Sequence record: MT446415.1
Length of the DNA stretch: 64,000 nt
Source of the DNA: Escherichia virus TH44
Reading direction: 5' to 3' (one strand)
In this document: piece by piece, positions 37,580-46,297 of the stretch
How positions within the stretch are numbered: the stretch's first letter is position 1
Layout of the letters: each line of letters opens with the position of its first letter
Notes under the pieces: model-generated
Seen by the model: only the letters and a program-made list of their open reading frames with translations
Told to the model about the DNA's origin: nothing
Database searches by the model: none
Made by a program: the position numbers and the translations under genes

Positions 37580-38326
37580 ATGACTTTATCAAAAACCAAA
37601 ACGCTGAAAGTTAAACGTCGTCTGGAACACACTCAAGCTTCCGCTAAACGTCGCGGTAAAGACTTTAACCTGGATTTTGATTATCTGGTTAACATTCTTG
37701 ACCAAAAAGTTTGTGCTTATTCTGGTGAGACATTTAATAACTCTATTGAAGGTGAGAAGTTATCATTAGAGCGTTTTAACAATGATATTGGTTATATCAA
37801 AGGTAATGTTATTCCTGTTAAAAAGAAATACAATACCATGCGTTCTGATTGGTCCCTAGATGAGCTTAAACAACGTCGCGATGATGTTGCTGTAAAAATT
37901 GCTCGCCCGTCCGTCAAGAAGATTGAAAAGTTAAATCTGACTGCAGAGAAATGGGAACAGATTAAAAAGTCATATACCCATATTAAGAACATCCAGCACA
38001 AACGTGATAATCGCGTTAAGCATTATGCTCAAATGAGCAAATCAGAGCAGTCCAAAGAAAACCAATTAAAAATGGTTGCTCTGAAGGCTCGCATTGATGG
38101 TTCCCGTGTTGCGGAAGGTCATGAGCTTACTAAATTGAATGTCCTGCTCAAAGGTAATGACTGGAAGGTTACCAAGAAATTAACTAATGCTGAAACGCTT
38201 TTTGATTGCTATGATAAAATCATTCAAGGTCTTGAGCGTTTTGAGAAGATTGGTTTTATTGGTAAATTAAAACTGAAACGTGGTCTGCCTTTGAACGCGT
38301 CAATTTTTAAACTGATTAGAGGTTAA
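37580..38326 (+). CDS. hypothetical basic protein (position of T4 srd)
   Basis: 248 aa; lysine-rich. Confidence 0.5.
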   Translation: MTLSKTKTLKVKRRLEHTQASAKRRGKDFNLDFDYLVNILDQKVCAYSGETFNNSIEGEKLSLERFNNDIGYIKGNVIPVKKKYNTMRSDWSLDELKQRRDDVAVKIARPSVKKIEKLNLTAEKWEQIKKSYTHIKNIQHKRDNRVKHYAQMSKSEQSKENQLKMVALKARIDGSRVAEGHELTKLNVLLKGNDWKVTKKLTNAETLFDCYDKIIQGLERFEKIGFIGKLKLKRGLPLNASIFKLIRG

Positions 38327-38327
38327 T

Positions 38328-38627
38328 GTGATGTACTATGCATATGTGCTAGTCCACAAAGATAAAGATGGTTTTGAACGCCCATTGGAGTATAATGGAA
38401 AGGTTACCTTATACACCACAAAAGCGGGCGCAGAATATGAACTTGCCAACTATTCATATACTACAAACCGCTATTTACGCATGGGACGTATTGAAACACG
38501 GTATATTCCCAGAAAATGGTGGTTTGATAAGCGGGAATCAAAAACTGTTTTTCCTACTGAAGAACACGCCCGAGAATTGAAACAGGTTTTATATACTTTA
38601 TATGTTAAGCGAGTAAAATTGGCATGA
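38328..38627 (+). CDS. hypothetical protein (dda.1 position)
   Basis: 99 aa ORF. Confidence 0.5.
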   Translation: MMYYAYVLVHKDKDGFERPLEYNGKVTLYTTKAGAEYELANYSYTTNRYLRMGRIETRYIPRKWWFDKRESKTVFPTEEHARELKQVLYTLYVKRVKLA

Positions 38628-39952
38628 TTAAATTTGAAGACTTGAACACAGGACAAAAAGAAGCTTTTGATTATATCACTGAAGCTATTCAACGACGTTC
38701 AGGGGAATGTATCACTCTGAATGGTCCAGCTGGTACAGGTAAAACTACTCTGACAAAATTTGTCATTGACCATCTGGTGCGTAATGGAGTTATGGGAATT
38801 GTGCTTGCTGCACCAACTCACCAGGCAAAAAAGGTTCTATCTAAATTGTCTGGTCAAACGGCGAATACAATCCATAGTATCTTGAAGATTAACCCGACCA
38901 CATATGAAGACCAAAACGTTTTTGAACAGCGCGAAATGCCTGATATGTCAAAATGTAATGTTCTGGTTTGTGATGAAGCAAGTATGTATGACGGGGCTCT
39001 GTTTAAGATTATTCTTAACTCTGTTCCTGAATGGTGTACTATTCTTGGGATTGGTGATATGCACCAGCTGCAGCCAGTTGACCCAGGAAGCACACAACAA
39101 AAAATAAGCCCATTCTTTACGCATCCTAAGTTCAAACAGATTCATCTGACTGAGGTCATGCGAAGCAATGCTCCTATCATTGAAGTGGCGACAGAAATTC
39201 GTAATGGTGGCTGGTTCCGTGACTGTATGTATGATGGTCATGGCGTACAAGGTTTTACCTCACAAACCGCTTTAAAGGATTTCATGATAAACTATTTCGG
39301 TATTGTAAAAGATGCTGATATGTTGATGGAAAACCGGATGTATGCGTACACGAATAAATCAGTTGAAAAACTGAACAATATTATTCGTCGTAAGCTCTAT
39401 GAAACGGATAAAGCATTTTTACCGTATGAAGTCCTGGTTATGCAAGAGCCACACATGAAAGAGCTGGAATTTGAAGGTAAGAAATTCAGCGAAACCATTT
39501 TTAATAATGGTCAGTTGGTTCGCATCAAGGATTGCAAATACACTTCCACAATTCTCCGTTGTAAAGGTGAATCGCACCAGTTAGTGATTAATTACTGGGA
39601 CCTGGAAGTTGAGTCAATTGATGAAGATGAAGAATATCAGGTTGACCGCATTAAAGTTTTACCAGAAGACCAGCAACCAAAATTCCAGGCATATCTGGCT
39701 AAAGTTGCTGACACATACAAACAGATGAAAGCCGCTGGTAAACGTCCAGAGTGGAAAGACTTCTGGAAAGCTCGCCGGACCTTCTTGAAAGTTCGTGCTC
39801 TTCCGGTCAGTACAATCCACAAGGCCCAAGGCGTTTCAGTGGACAAAGCATTTATCTATACTCCATGCATCCATATGGCTGAAGCTTCATTAGCGAGCCA
39901 GTTGGCTTATGTTGGAATCACACGAGCGAGGTACGACGCATATTATGTATAA
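38624..39952 (+). CDS. dda: Dda DNA helicase (SF1B)
   Basis: 442 aa; 'NGPAGTGKTTLTKF', 'AAPTH.AKK.LSKLSG', 'YVG.TR.RYD' match T4 Dda as recalled. Confidence 0.93.
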   Translation: MIKFEDLNTGQKEAFDYITEAIQRRSGECITLNGPAGTGKTTLTKFVIDHLVRNGVMGIVLAAPTHQAKKVLSKLSGQTANTIHSILKINPTTYEDQNVFEQREMPDMSKCNVLVCDEASMYDGALFKIILNSVPEWCTILGIGDMHQLQPVDPGSTQQKISPFFTHPKFKQIHLTEVMRSNAPIIEVATEIRNGGWFRDCMYDGHGVQGFTSQTALKDFMINYFGIVKDADMLMENRMYAYTNKSVEKLNNIIRRKLYETDKAFLPYEVLVMQEPHMKELEFEGKKFSETIFNNGQLVRIKDCKYTSTILRCKGESHQLVINYWDLEVESIDEDEEYQVDRIKVLPEDQQPKFQAYLAKVADTYKQMKAAGKRPEWKDFWKARRTFLKVRALPVSTIHKAQGVSVDKAFIYTPCIHMAEASLASQLAYVGITRARYDAYYV

Positions 39953-40184
39953 AGTACATAAAGAAGATTTAGATAATCTTATCTATGGTATTCAGGACGC
40001 GGTTGAATTTTTCGAAGATAATCCGACTATCGTCGTGCAGGGTAATTACGTTTTACTGGAACTGAATCTTATTCGGAAACGTATGGCCGCGATTGAATAT
40101 TTTAACAATGAAGAGCCGGGGATTTTTATCTCTGATTATGTTGCTGGTGAAATTCAGAAATTAAAAGAGATGTGCGATGATTGA
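39945..40184 (+). CDS. hypothetical protein
   Basis: ATG overlapping dda stop. Confidence 0.45.
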   Translation: MYKVHKEDLDNLIYGIQDAVEFFEDNPTIVVQGNYVLLELNLIRKRMAAIEYFNNEEPGIFISDYVAGEIQKLKEMCDD

Positions 40185-40866
40185 TGCTATTATTGACTTT
40201 GAAACTCTGGGAAACGGCTCGAAGGGAGCCGTTATTGACCTGGCCCTGATTACATTCGAATCTGACCCTGCTATTGTGGAATCGTTCGAAACCCTGGTTA
40301 ATCGCGGCAAACGCATTAAGTTCAGTCTCGAATACCAAAAAGGAAAACGTCTGTTTGACACAACAACCATGGGTTGGTGGAAAAAGCAATCAGCGGAAGC
40401 ACGTGTTAACCTGGCTCCTTCTGCGCATGATGTTGATACTCTGACCGGTATCCAACAGGCGATTGACTATCTGAATGGCAATGGAATTAACAAATACGAA
40501 AGCCTTATGTGGTGCCGTGGGATGTCTTTTGACTTCCCGTTGTTTGTCGACCTTATCCGCGACCTACAGCGCAATGAGGGGATTCCTGAGCGCGAATTGA
40601 ATACCTATGACCTGGAGCCGGTCGTATTCTGGAACCAGCGTGATATCAGGACAGCAATCGAAGCCTTGTCACTCGTCCGTAAGATGTGTGAAACCCCATT
40701 ACCGAAAGGGACTTTAGATGGATTTGTGGCGCACGATTCGGTACATGACTGCGCGAAAGATATTTTGATGTTGAAGTATGCCCAGCGCTATGCTCTTGGT
40801 TTAGATGAAGTTCCTTCCGAAGAAGATGCAGACCCGTTATCTTTACCGAAAAACGATAAAAAGTAG
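40177..40866 (+). CDS. dexA: exonuclease A DexA (DnaQ-like)
   Basis: 229 aa; 'IDFETLG' Exo I motif; position next to dda. Confidence 0.85.
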   Translation: MIDAIIDFETLGNGSKGAVIDLALITFESDPAIVESFETLVNRGKRIKFSLEYQKGKRLFDTTTMGWWKKQSAEARVNLAPSAHDVDTLTGIQQAIDYLNGNGINKYESLMWCRGMSFDFPLFVDLIRDLQRNEGIPERELNTYDLEPVVFWNQRDIRTAIEALSLVRKMCETPLPKGTLDGFVAHDSVHDCAKDILMLKYAQRYALGLDEVPSEEDADPLSLPKNDKK

Positions 40867-40895
40867 TGTACAAGGCCAATGGAAAGAGACATAAT
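40867..40895 (+). promoter_or_regulatory. early-type promoter with class-B leader
   Basis: TGTACA-17-CATAAT then 'CATCAACTACTGATGAGGA'. Confidence 0.55.
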
Positions 40896-40926
40896 CATCT
40901 CATCAACTACTGATGAGGATAACAAA

Positions 40927-41184
40927 ATGATTACTTCTTTTGAAATTGGCCAACAATATGAAATGTCTGCTCTTCAAGCTGCTGAAGCAGGTCTGACCAA
41001 AGCGTTTGAATGTGCATTTGCAAATATTCGTGGTAAAATCTTTACTGTCAATAAAATTGCGGTATATGATAAAGAAACAGATATGAACAAAGGCATCTAC
41101 CTGAACGTGTCAAATGCAAAAGGTCGTCGTGAAATTATGGTTGTACAACCTAATCAACTGGCGATGTTCAATAAGGTTGCATAA
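40927..41184 (+). CDS. hypothetical protein
   Basis: 85 aa from leader-supported ATG. Confidence 0.5.
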   Translation: MITSFEIGQQYEMSALQAAEAGLTKAFECAFANIRGKIFTVNKIAVYDKETDMNKGIYLNVSNAKGRREIMVVQPNQLAMFNKVA

Positions 41185-41933
41185 TGAAACCAGAATTTAT
41201 TGACTTTGATGTTGTAAGTATGTATGTTCGCCCAATTAAACCATTAAAACTTGAGAAACAAAATATGACTATTGAAATTAACAAAACTTATCAACTGATT
41301 GAACCTATTATTCAAAACGCAGCTATGGTTTCTGGATATAATATTCTGACTGATGTTTTAGGTGAAGGTGAATTTATTGTTGAAACTTTTGTAAAAAGTA
41401 ACTGGTTTGATAAAGCATATATTTTGCGTGCACGTCGCCTTGATACAAATGAAGTAGAAAAAATTATGGTTTATGAAGCTGAGATTGAACTCTTCAAAGA
41501 AGTTGAAGAAACTCCTATCAAAGTTGACAAAACCTATCAACTTGTTGGATATGGTGATTTTGATAATACTAATGCATTGAATGCTGGTTGGCGTGTACTG
41601 AAAGGTATTTTTGGATTTGCTCCATTTACCGTTAAAACAGTTAAGTACCACAATCACCAAAGCATCTTTGAATTTACTGCAGTCAATGAATCAGGTGACA
41701 ATCTTGAAGCTATCCTTTATCCGCGCGAATCTGTACTGCTGGAAGAAGTTAGCGTACTGGGCGACCCTATTGACTTGCTATGTAAACCAGTTCAAATCAA
41801 ACGCCCGTTTAATAGTTCCATTTGTGGTTGGGTAACAGACCAGTGGATTGAAGATGGTGTTGAACTCCTGAACGTTGTCCATGCTGGTGAATTTACTGTT
41901 GTACCACGTTCCATGGCTGTTGAAATTTTTTAA
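41184..41933 (+). CDS. hypothetical protein with internal repeat; paralog of 42014..42568
   Basis: 249 aa; two 'KTYQL' modules; C-terminus 'WVTDQWIEDGVELLNVVHAGEFTVVP'. Confidence 0.55.
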   Translation: MKPEFIDFDVVSMYVRPIKPLKLEKQNMTIEINKTYQLIEPIIQNAAMVSGYNILTDVLGEGEFIVETFVKSNWFDKAYILRARRLDTNEVEKIMVYEAEIELFKEVEETPIKVDKTYQLVGYGDFDNTNALNAGWRVLKGIFGFAPFTVKTVKYHNHQSIFEFTAVNESGDNLEAILYPRESVLLEEVSVLGDPIDLLCKPVQIKRPFNSSICGWVTDQWIEDGVELLNVVHAGEFTVVPRSMAVEIF

Positions 41934-41942
41934 TTAAATTTG

Positions 41943-41971
41943 TGTGCAAACTCTTGGGTCCAGAGTATAAT
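41943..41971 (+). promoter_or_regulatory. class-C promoter (-10 inside palindrome)
   Basis: tgtgca..cttgggtccagagtataatggtccc. Confidence 0.55.
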
Positions 41972-42013
41972 GGTCCCGCTGGAGAATAAACTTATTAATC
42001 AAGAGAGAAAATT

Positions 42014-42568
42014 ATGAAAGTTGAAGAAGGTGATATTGTACGTGTTTCTAAAGAATCTCGTTCTAAAGCTGCTGGTCGTTTTGTTGAGGTTGTGAGTCTT
42101 CGCACTAATTTAGTAGGCGGAATTAAAGAAGTTAAAGTGCGTATTATTCCTAAACATGGTCAGGCTGAAACTCAATTGGCTTATGTACATCCTAAATTCC
42201 TGGAATCAACTGAATTTACTGGATATATCGCTCCAGTAGTTGAAGAAGTTGAATCCCATGATGGGTATGTGTGCGAAAGCAATGATATTCGTGGTGTAAT
42301 TGCTCAAGACGTTGAAACCATTGACCAGTCTCATGTTGGGGTTGATTTTAAATGGAAATTGGGTAAAGGTGTCTTTTTCGTTTCACCTAAACCGTTTGAA
42401 TACAATTGCAAGTATGGTCCGACTTATGAAACCACTAGTATGTCCGGTTACATCACCGACCAGTGGGTTGAAGAAGGCGTCAAACTGTATAATATCGTAT
42501 TCCTTGGAACCTTTAAGGTTGTTCCTGAGAGCTTTATCGTTGAGTATGCTGATATTCATTTTGCCTAA
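42014..42568 (+). CDS. MotB-region protein with KOW-like N-terminus (tentative)
   Basis: 184 aa; N-terminal 'GDIVRVSKESRSKAAGRFVEVV'; C-terminus 'YITDQWVEEGVKLYNIVFLGTFKVVP'. Confidence 0.5.
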   Translation: MKVEEGDIVRVSKESRSKAAGRFVEVVSLRTNLVGGIKEVKVRIIPKHGQAETQLAYVHPKFLESTEFTGYIAPVVEEVESHDGYVCESNDIRGVIAQDVETIDQSHVGVDFKWKLGKGVFFVSPKPFEYNCKYGPTYETTSMSGYITDQWVEEGVKLYNIVFLGTFKVVPESFIVEYADIHFA

Positions 42569-42831
42569 ATTATAAAAATGATAGGGTTTTTGCCCTATCA
42601 ATGAGGAGAATATTATGTTTAATGAAGATTGTGTGACCACTTCCCTGACCGCTGAAGAGTTCTGGGAAACCGCTGAAAGTGATAAAGTGATTGTTAAGAA
42701 AAATATCAATGAATTTCTTTGCACCACTGATATCATTTATGTGTATGCGTATGAAGGTGCGGAATTACCTAGCTATGCGCTGTTCCGCGAAGAATCAGAA
42801 GATGGTACAGATTTTTGGAAGGAGACTTATC

Positions 42832-43209
42832 ATGTTGAAATTTGAAACTGATAAATGGTATTATTTTAAAGATAATGTTGCTGAAAGCAGATTCCGTTTG
42901 TTATGCTCTGATAATGATAATATAGCTGATGCTATAATCAATGGTGAAGGATTTAGACCAGTCGGAATTGAAGGCGGTGATGTATATCGGATAGAATTTT
43001 CGACCGGTGGAATAGAGAGAATATTCATAAAGGAAGATGAGCGTCGTTTCTTTGAAGAAGAAAAAGATGACGATACTGAAGATGAATGCGAAGACGCTGA
43101 TGAAGGTCAATTTGAACCCGGTGAATTCCCTTTGACCAAAATCACCATTTCTAATAACTCTGAAGCCTGGACCGTTTACCAGATGTTGAAAGCACACTTT
43201 AAGGAATAA
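42832..43209 (+). CDS. hypothetical acidic protein
   Basis: 125 aa; run of D/E residues. Confidence 0.5.
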   Translation: MLKFETDKWYYFKDNVAESRFRLLCSDNDNIADAIINGEGFRPVGIEGGDVYRIEFSTGGIERIFIKEDERRFFEEEKDDDTEDECEDADEGQFEPGEFPLTKITISNNSEAWTVYQMLKAHFKE

Positions 43210-43210
43210 C

Positions 43211-43387
43211 ATGCCACTTTATGACTACAAATGTCAATCCAATGACTGCGCAAAAGAATACGAAAAAATCAAGAAAATCTCTGAAAGAGATAATGATGTT
43301 TGTCCTGATTGCCATCGGCTGGCTGTTCGGTTAGTCTCGGCTCCTAAACATGTTAATGGCGGTTTTTACGACCTGCTCACTAAGTGA
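43211..43387 (+). CDS. FmdB-like zinc-ribbon protein
   Basis: 58 aa; 'MPLYDYKCQSNDC...CPDC'. Confidence 0.5.
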   Translation: MPLYDYKCQSNDCAKEYEKIKKISERDNDVCPDCHRLAVRLVSAPKHVNGGFYDLLTK

Positions 43388-43393
43388 GGAATT

Positions 43394-43654
43394 ATGAAAT
43401 ACATTAATCGTTCTATTGCAGCACTGGTACTGGCGGTTTCATTGGCTGGTTGTACTGATGCAGATAATGCCATTCGTGTATTAGATGCAAACGGCTATGA
43501 GCAAATCCAAATCACCGGATATAACTGGTTCTCTTGTGGTAAAGATGATTTCCAACATACTGGTTTTACGGCCGTCGGGCCAACTGGTAAGAAAGTTGAA
43601 GGAACTGTTTGTTCTGGATTATTGTTCAAGAACAGTACCATCCGATTTGAATAA
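43394..43654 (+). CDS. putative lipoprotein
   Basis: 86 aa; signal peptide with lipobox 'LAGC'. Confidence 0.5.
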   Translation: MKYINRSIAALVLAVSLAGCTDADNAIRVLDANGYEQIQITGYNWFSCGKDDFQHTGFTAVGPTGKKVEGTVCSGLLFKNSTIRFE

Positions 43655-43672
43655 GGCCTTCGGGCCTTTTTG
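43653..43672 (+). terminator. rho-independent terminator
   Basis: aggcc-ttcg-ggcct + TTTTT. Confidence 0.7.
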
Positions 43673-43695
43673 CTTTAAAATATGTGACTTATAAT
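43671..43695 (+). promoter_or_regulatory. middle promoter upstream of gene 39
   Basis: exact MotA box TGCTTTA, 12-bp spacer, TATAAT. Confidence 0.55.
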
Positions 43696-43717
43696 ACCTC
43701 CATACACAAGAGGAAAG

Positions 43718-45550
43718 ATGATGATTAATAATGAAATTAAAGTACTCTCGGACGTCGAGCATATCAAAAAACGCTCCGGGATGTATATTGGTTCCAGTTC
43801 AAATGAAGCGCATGAGCGATTCTTGTTTGGTGAATATAAGTCCGTAAGCTATGTTCCTGGTATTGTAAAACTGATTGATGAAATTATCGATAACTCTGTT
43901 GATGAAGCAATTCGCACCAGTTTTAAATTTGCCAATAAAATTGATGTTCAAATTAAAGATAATCAGATTTCGGTTTCTGATAATGGCCGTGGTATTCCAC
44001 AGGCAATGGTTACAGACCAAAACGGTGAACAAATCCCCGGCCCTGTTGCAGCATGGACTATTCCAAAAGCTGGTGGCAACTTCGGCGATGATGCTGAACG
44101 TAAAACTGGCGGGATGAATGGTGTCGGGTCTTCTCTGACCAATATTTTCTCTGTATTGTTCACCGGGATTACCGCTGATGGTGCAAATGAAATCACCGTT
44201 AACTGCTCCAACGGTATGGAAAACAAAGGTTGGTCGACCAAGAAATCTAAGGGCAAAGGTACAACTGTTATATTTGTTCCAGATTTTAGTCACTTTGAAG
44301 AAAATAGTCTGTCCCAGATTTATCTGGATATTACATTGGACCGTCTGCAAACTCTTGCGGTTGTTTATCCGGATATTCAGTTCACCTTTAATGGTAAAAA
44401 GGTTGATGGTAATTTCAAAAAGTTTGCCAAGCAATTCGGAACCGAAGTTGTTATCCAGGAAACTGATACAGTATCGATGGCCTTTACGACTAGTCCGGAT
44501 GGTTTCCGTCAGCTGACTTATGTCAACAACATTCACACAAAGAATGGCGGACACCACGTTGAATGTGTTATGGATGATATCTGTGAACACCTTCAGCCGG
44601 CGATTAAGCGCAAATATAAAGGCATCGAGGTGACCAAGGCACGAGTTAAAGAATGCCTCACCATGCTTATGTTCATCCGCGATATGAGCAACATGCGATT
44701 TGATTCCCAGACCAAGGAGCGATTGACTTCTCCGGCCGGTGAAATCCGAAATCACATTAAGATTGATGCTAAGAAAATCGCGCAAGCTATTCTGAAAAAT
44801 GAACCGCTGATTATGCCGATTGTTGAAGCTGCATTAGCCCGTAAATTGGCTGCAGAGAAAGCAGCAGAGACTAAGGCAAATAAGAAAGCTTCGAAGGCCA
44901 AGGTACAAAAGCATATCAAGGCCAACGAATGGGGTAATGATAAGCTGGAAACGACTCTGTTCCTGACCGAAGGGGATTCTGCAACTGGTCCATTTATCAA
45001 GGTTCGTGACCGTGAATTGCAAGGTGCTTATCCGTTACGTGGTAAGTTTAAAAACACATGGGGTCTGAAAGCTGTCGAAGTTATGAAGAACGCTGAAGCC
45101 TTTGATGTGTGTGCGATTACTGGTTTAACGATTGGACAACCGGCCGAGAATATGAATTACCGAAACATTGCTATCATGACAGATGCGGATGTGGATGGTG
45201 TCGGTAGTATCTATCCATCATTATTGGCGTTTTTCAGTAACTGGCCAGAGCTATTCCATGAAGGACGAATTCGCTTTGTGAAAACTCCTGTTATTATTGC
45301 GCAGCTCAAAGATAAACAAGAATGGTTCTATTCTCTTCCTGACTATGAAGAAGCTAAGGATAAACTTCCGAAGCACACCATCCGATATATTAAGGGACTT
45401 GGTTCTCTGGAAGATGCCGAGTACAAACGCGTATTGCTCGAACCAGTATTCGAAGTTGTTCAATTGCCCGACAACTGGAAAGAACTGTTCGAAATGCTAT
45501 TCGGTAAAGATTCCCAGCAGCGTAAAGACTGGATGAATGCGACGCTATAA
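43718..45550 (+). CDS. 39: DNA topoisomerase II large subunit gp39, contiguous 39+60
   Basis: 610 aa; GyrB-like ATPase; no stop or split where T4 separates gene 60. Confidence 0.94.
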   Translation: MMINNEIKVLSDVEHIKKRSGMYIGSSSNEAHERFLFGEYKSVSYVPGIVKLIDEIIDNSVDEAIRTSFKFANKIDVQIKDNQISVSDNGRGIPQAMVTDQNGEQIPGPVAAWTIPKAGGNFGDDAERKTGGMNGVGSSLTNIFSVLFTGITADGANEITVNCSNGMENKGWSTKKSKGKGTTVIFVPDFSHFEENSLSQIYLDITLDRLQTLAVVYPDIQFTFNGKKVDGNFKKFAKQFGTEVVIQETDTVSMAFTTSPDGFRQLTYVNNIHTKNGGHHVECVMDDICEHLQPAIKRKYKGIEVTKARVKECLTMLMFIRDMSNMRFDSQTKERLTSPAGEIRNHIKIDAKKIAQAILKNEPLIMPIVEAALARKLAAEKAAETKANKKASKAKVQKHIKANEWGNDKLETTLFLTEGDSATGPFIKVRDRELQGAYPLRGKFKNTWGLKAVEVMKNAEAFDVCAITGLTIGQPAENMNYRNIAIMTDADVDGVGSIYPSLLAFFSNWPELFHEGRIRFVKTPVIIAQLKDKQEWFYSLPDYEEAKDKLPKHTIRYIKGLGSLEDAEYKRVLLEPVFEVVQLPDNWKELFEMLFGKDSQQRKDWMNATL

Positions 45551-45750
45551 ATAGATACGGGAGAATATTCTCCCGTCTTATAGGAGAAGTCCATGAAAAA
45601 GTGGTGGGTTACGTTGTCAAATGGCGAATACGGTTATCTGTGGGCCGATACTAAACCCCTGTTTGCATCCTTTGTCACCATTATGTGCGAGACCTGGGAT
45701 GGTGAATACTATACTGCATATGGGCAAGTCTATAAAGTTGAGTAGCCAAA

Positions 45751-45772
45751 AGGACCTTCGGGTCCTTTTTTA
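45751..45772 (+). terminator. rho-independent terminator
   Basis: aggacc-ttcg-ggtcct + TTTTTT. Confidence 0.75.
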
Positions 45773-45775
45773 TTA

Positions 45776-45804
45776 TGTACAAGCCATAAAAATTGCGTTA
45801 AGAT
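45776..45804 (+). promoter_or_regulatory. early-type promoter (TGTACA-17-TAAGAT)
   Basis: same -10 variant 'GTTAAGATG' as upstream of modA. Confidence 0.5.
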
Positions 45805-45821
45805 GTCCTTGAGGTGAAAAT

Positions 45822-46106
45822 ATGATTATGTCTGATGGAAGTTTAGTTAATCTACAGAATGTTGCTCGTTGTATTATGGAAGCAGGCCTGAGGAAGGTGC
45901 AGGAGCTCCCAGATAGTGACAGGAAGCGAAGTTACTTGTTGGCTGTAAGAGCATCAGCCATGAGCATTAAGGCTGGCCAGAAGGTCCCTGAGGAGCGAAT
46001 TGAAGCACTCCTTGCATTGATATACCATGACCAAGAACATAAAGCTACCATGCGTAGTATGAGAAAAATATTACAGGAGATTGGAAATGACGAACTTCAA
46101 AGTTAA
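45822..46106 (+). CDS. hypothetical protein (rIIA.1 position)
   Basis: 94 aa ORF. Confidence 0.45.
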   Translation: MIMSDGSLVNLQNVARCIMEAGLRKVQELPDSDRKRSYLLAVRASAMSIKAGQKVPEERIEALLALIYHDQEHKATMRSMRKILQEIGNDELQS

Positions 46107-46297
46107 TATGGAACTGTTTGATAAGGCTATCCATAAAGAATACCGTGTTATCCAACGATTTTTTGATATAAGAGAAGCTGAAGAGTTTAAAGAACGCTTC
46201 AAAGAAATCCGTATTAAAATAGCTTCAGACACCGCAACAAAGGATGAACTTCTTGAAGTTGCAGAATTAATCAAACGTAACATAAAGTGAGAAAAAC

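Noticed and set aside
37580-38326. HNH-homing-endonuclease-like spacing ('CAYSGE...LERFNNDIGYIKGNV') in the 248-aa basic protein
   Set aside because: The catalytic histidines and the second cysteine pair are absent, so it is not called an HNH endonuclease.
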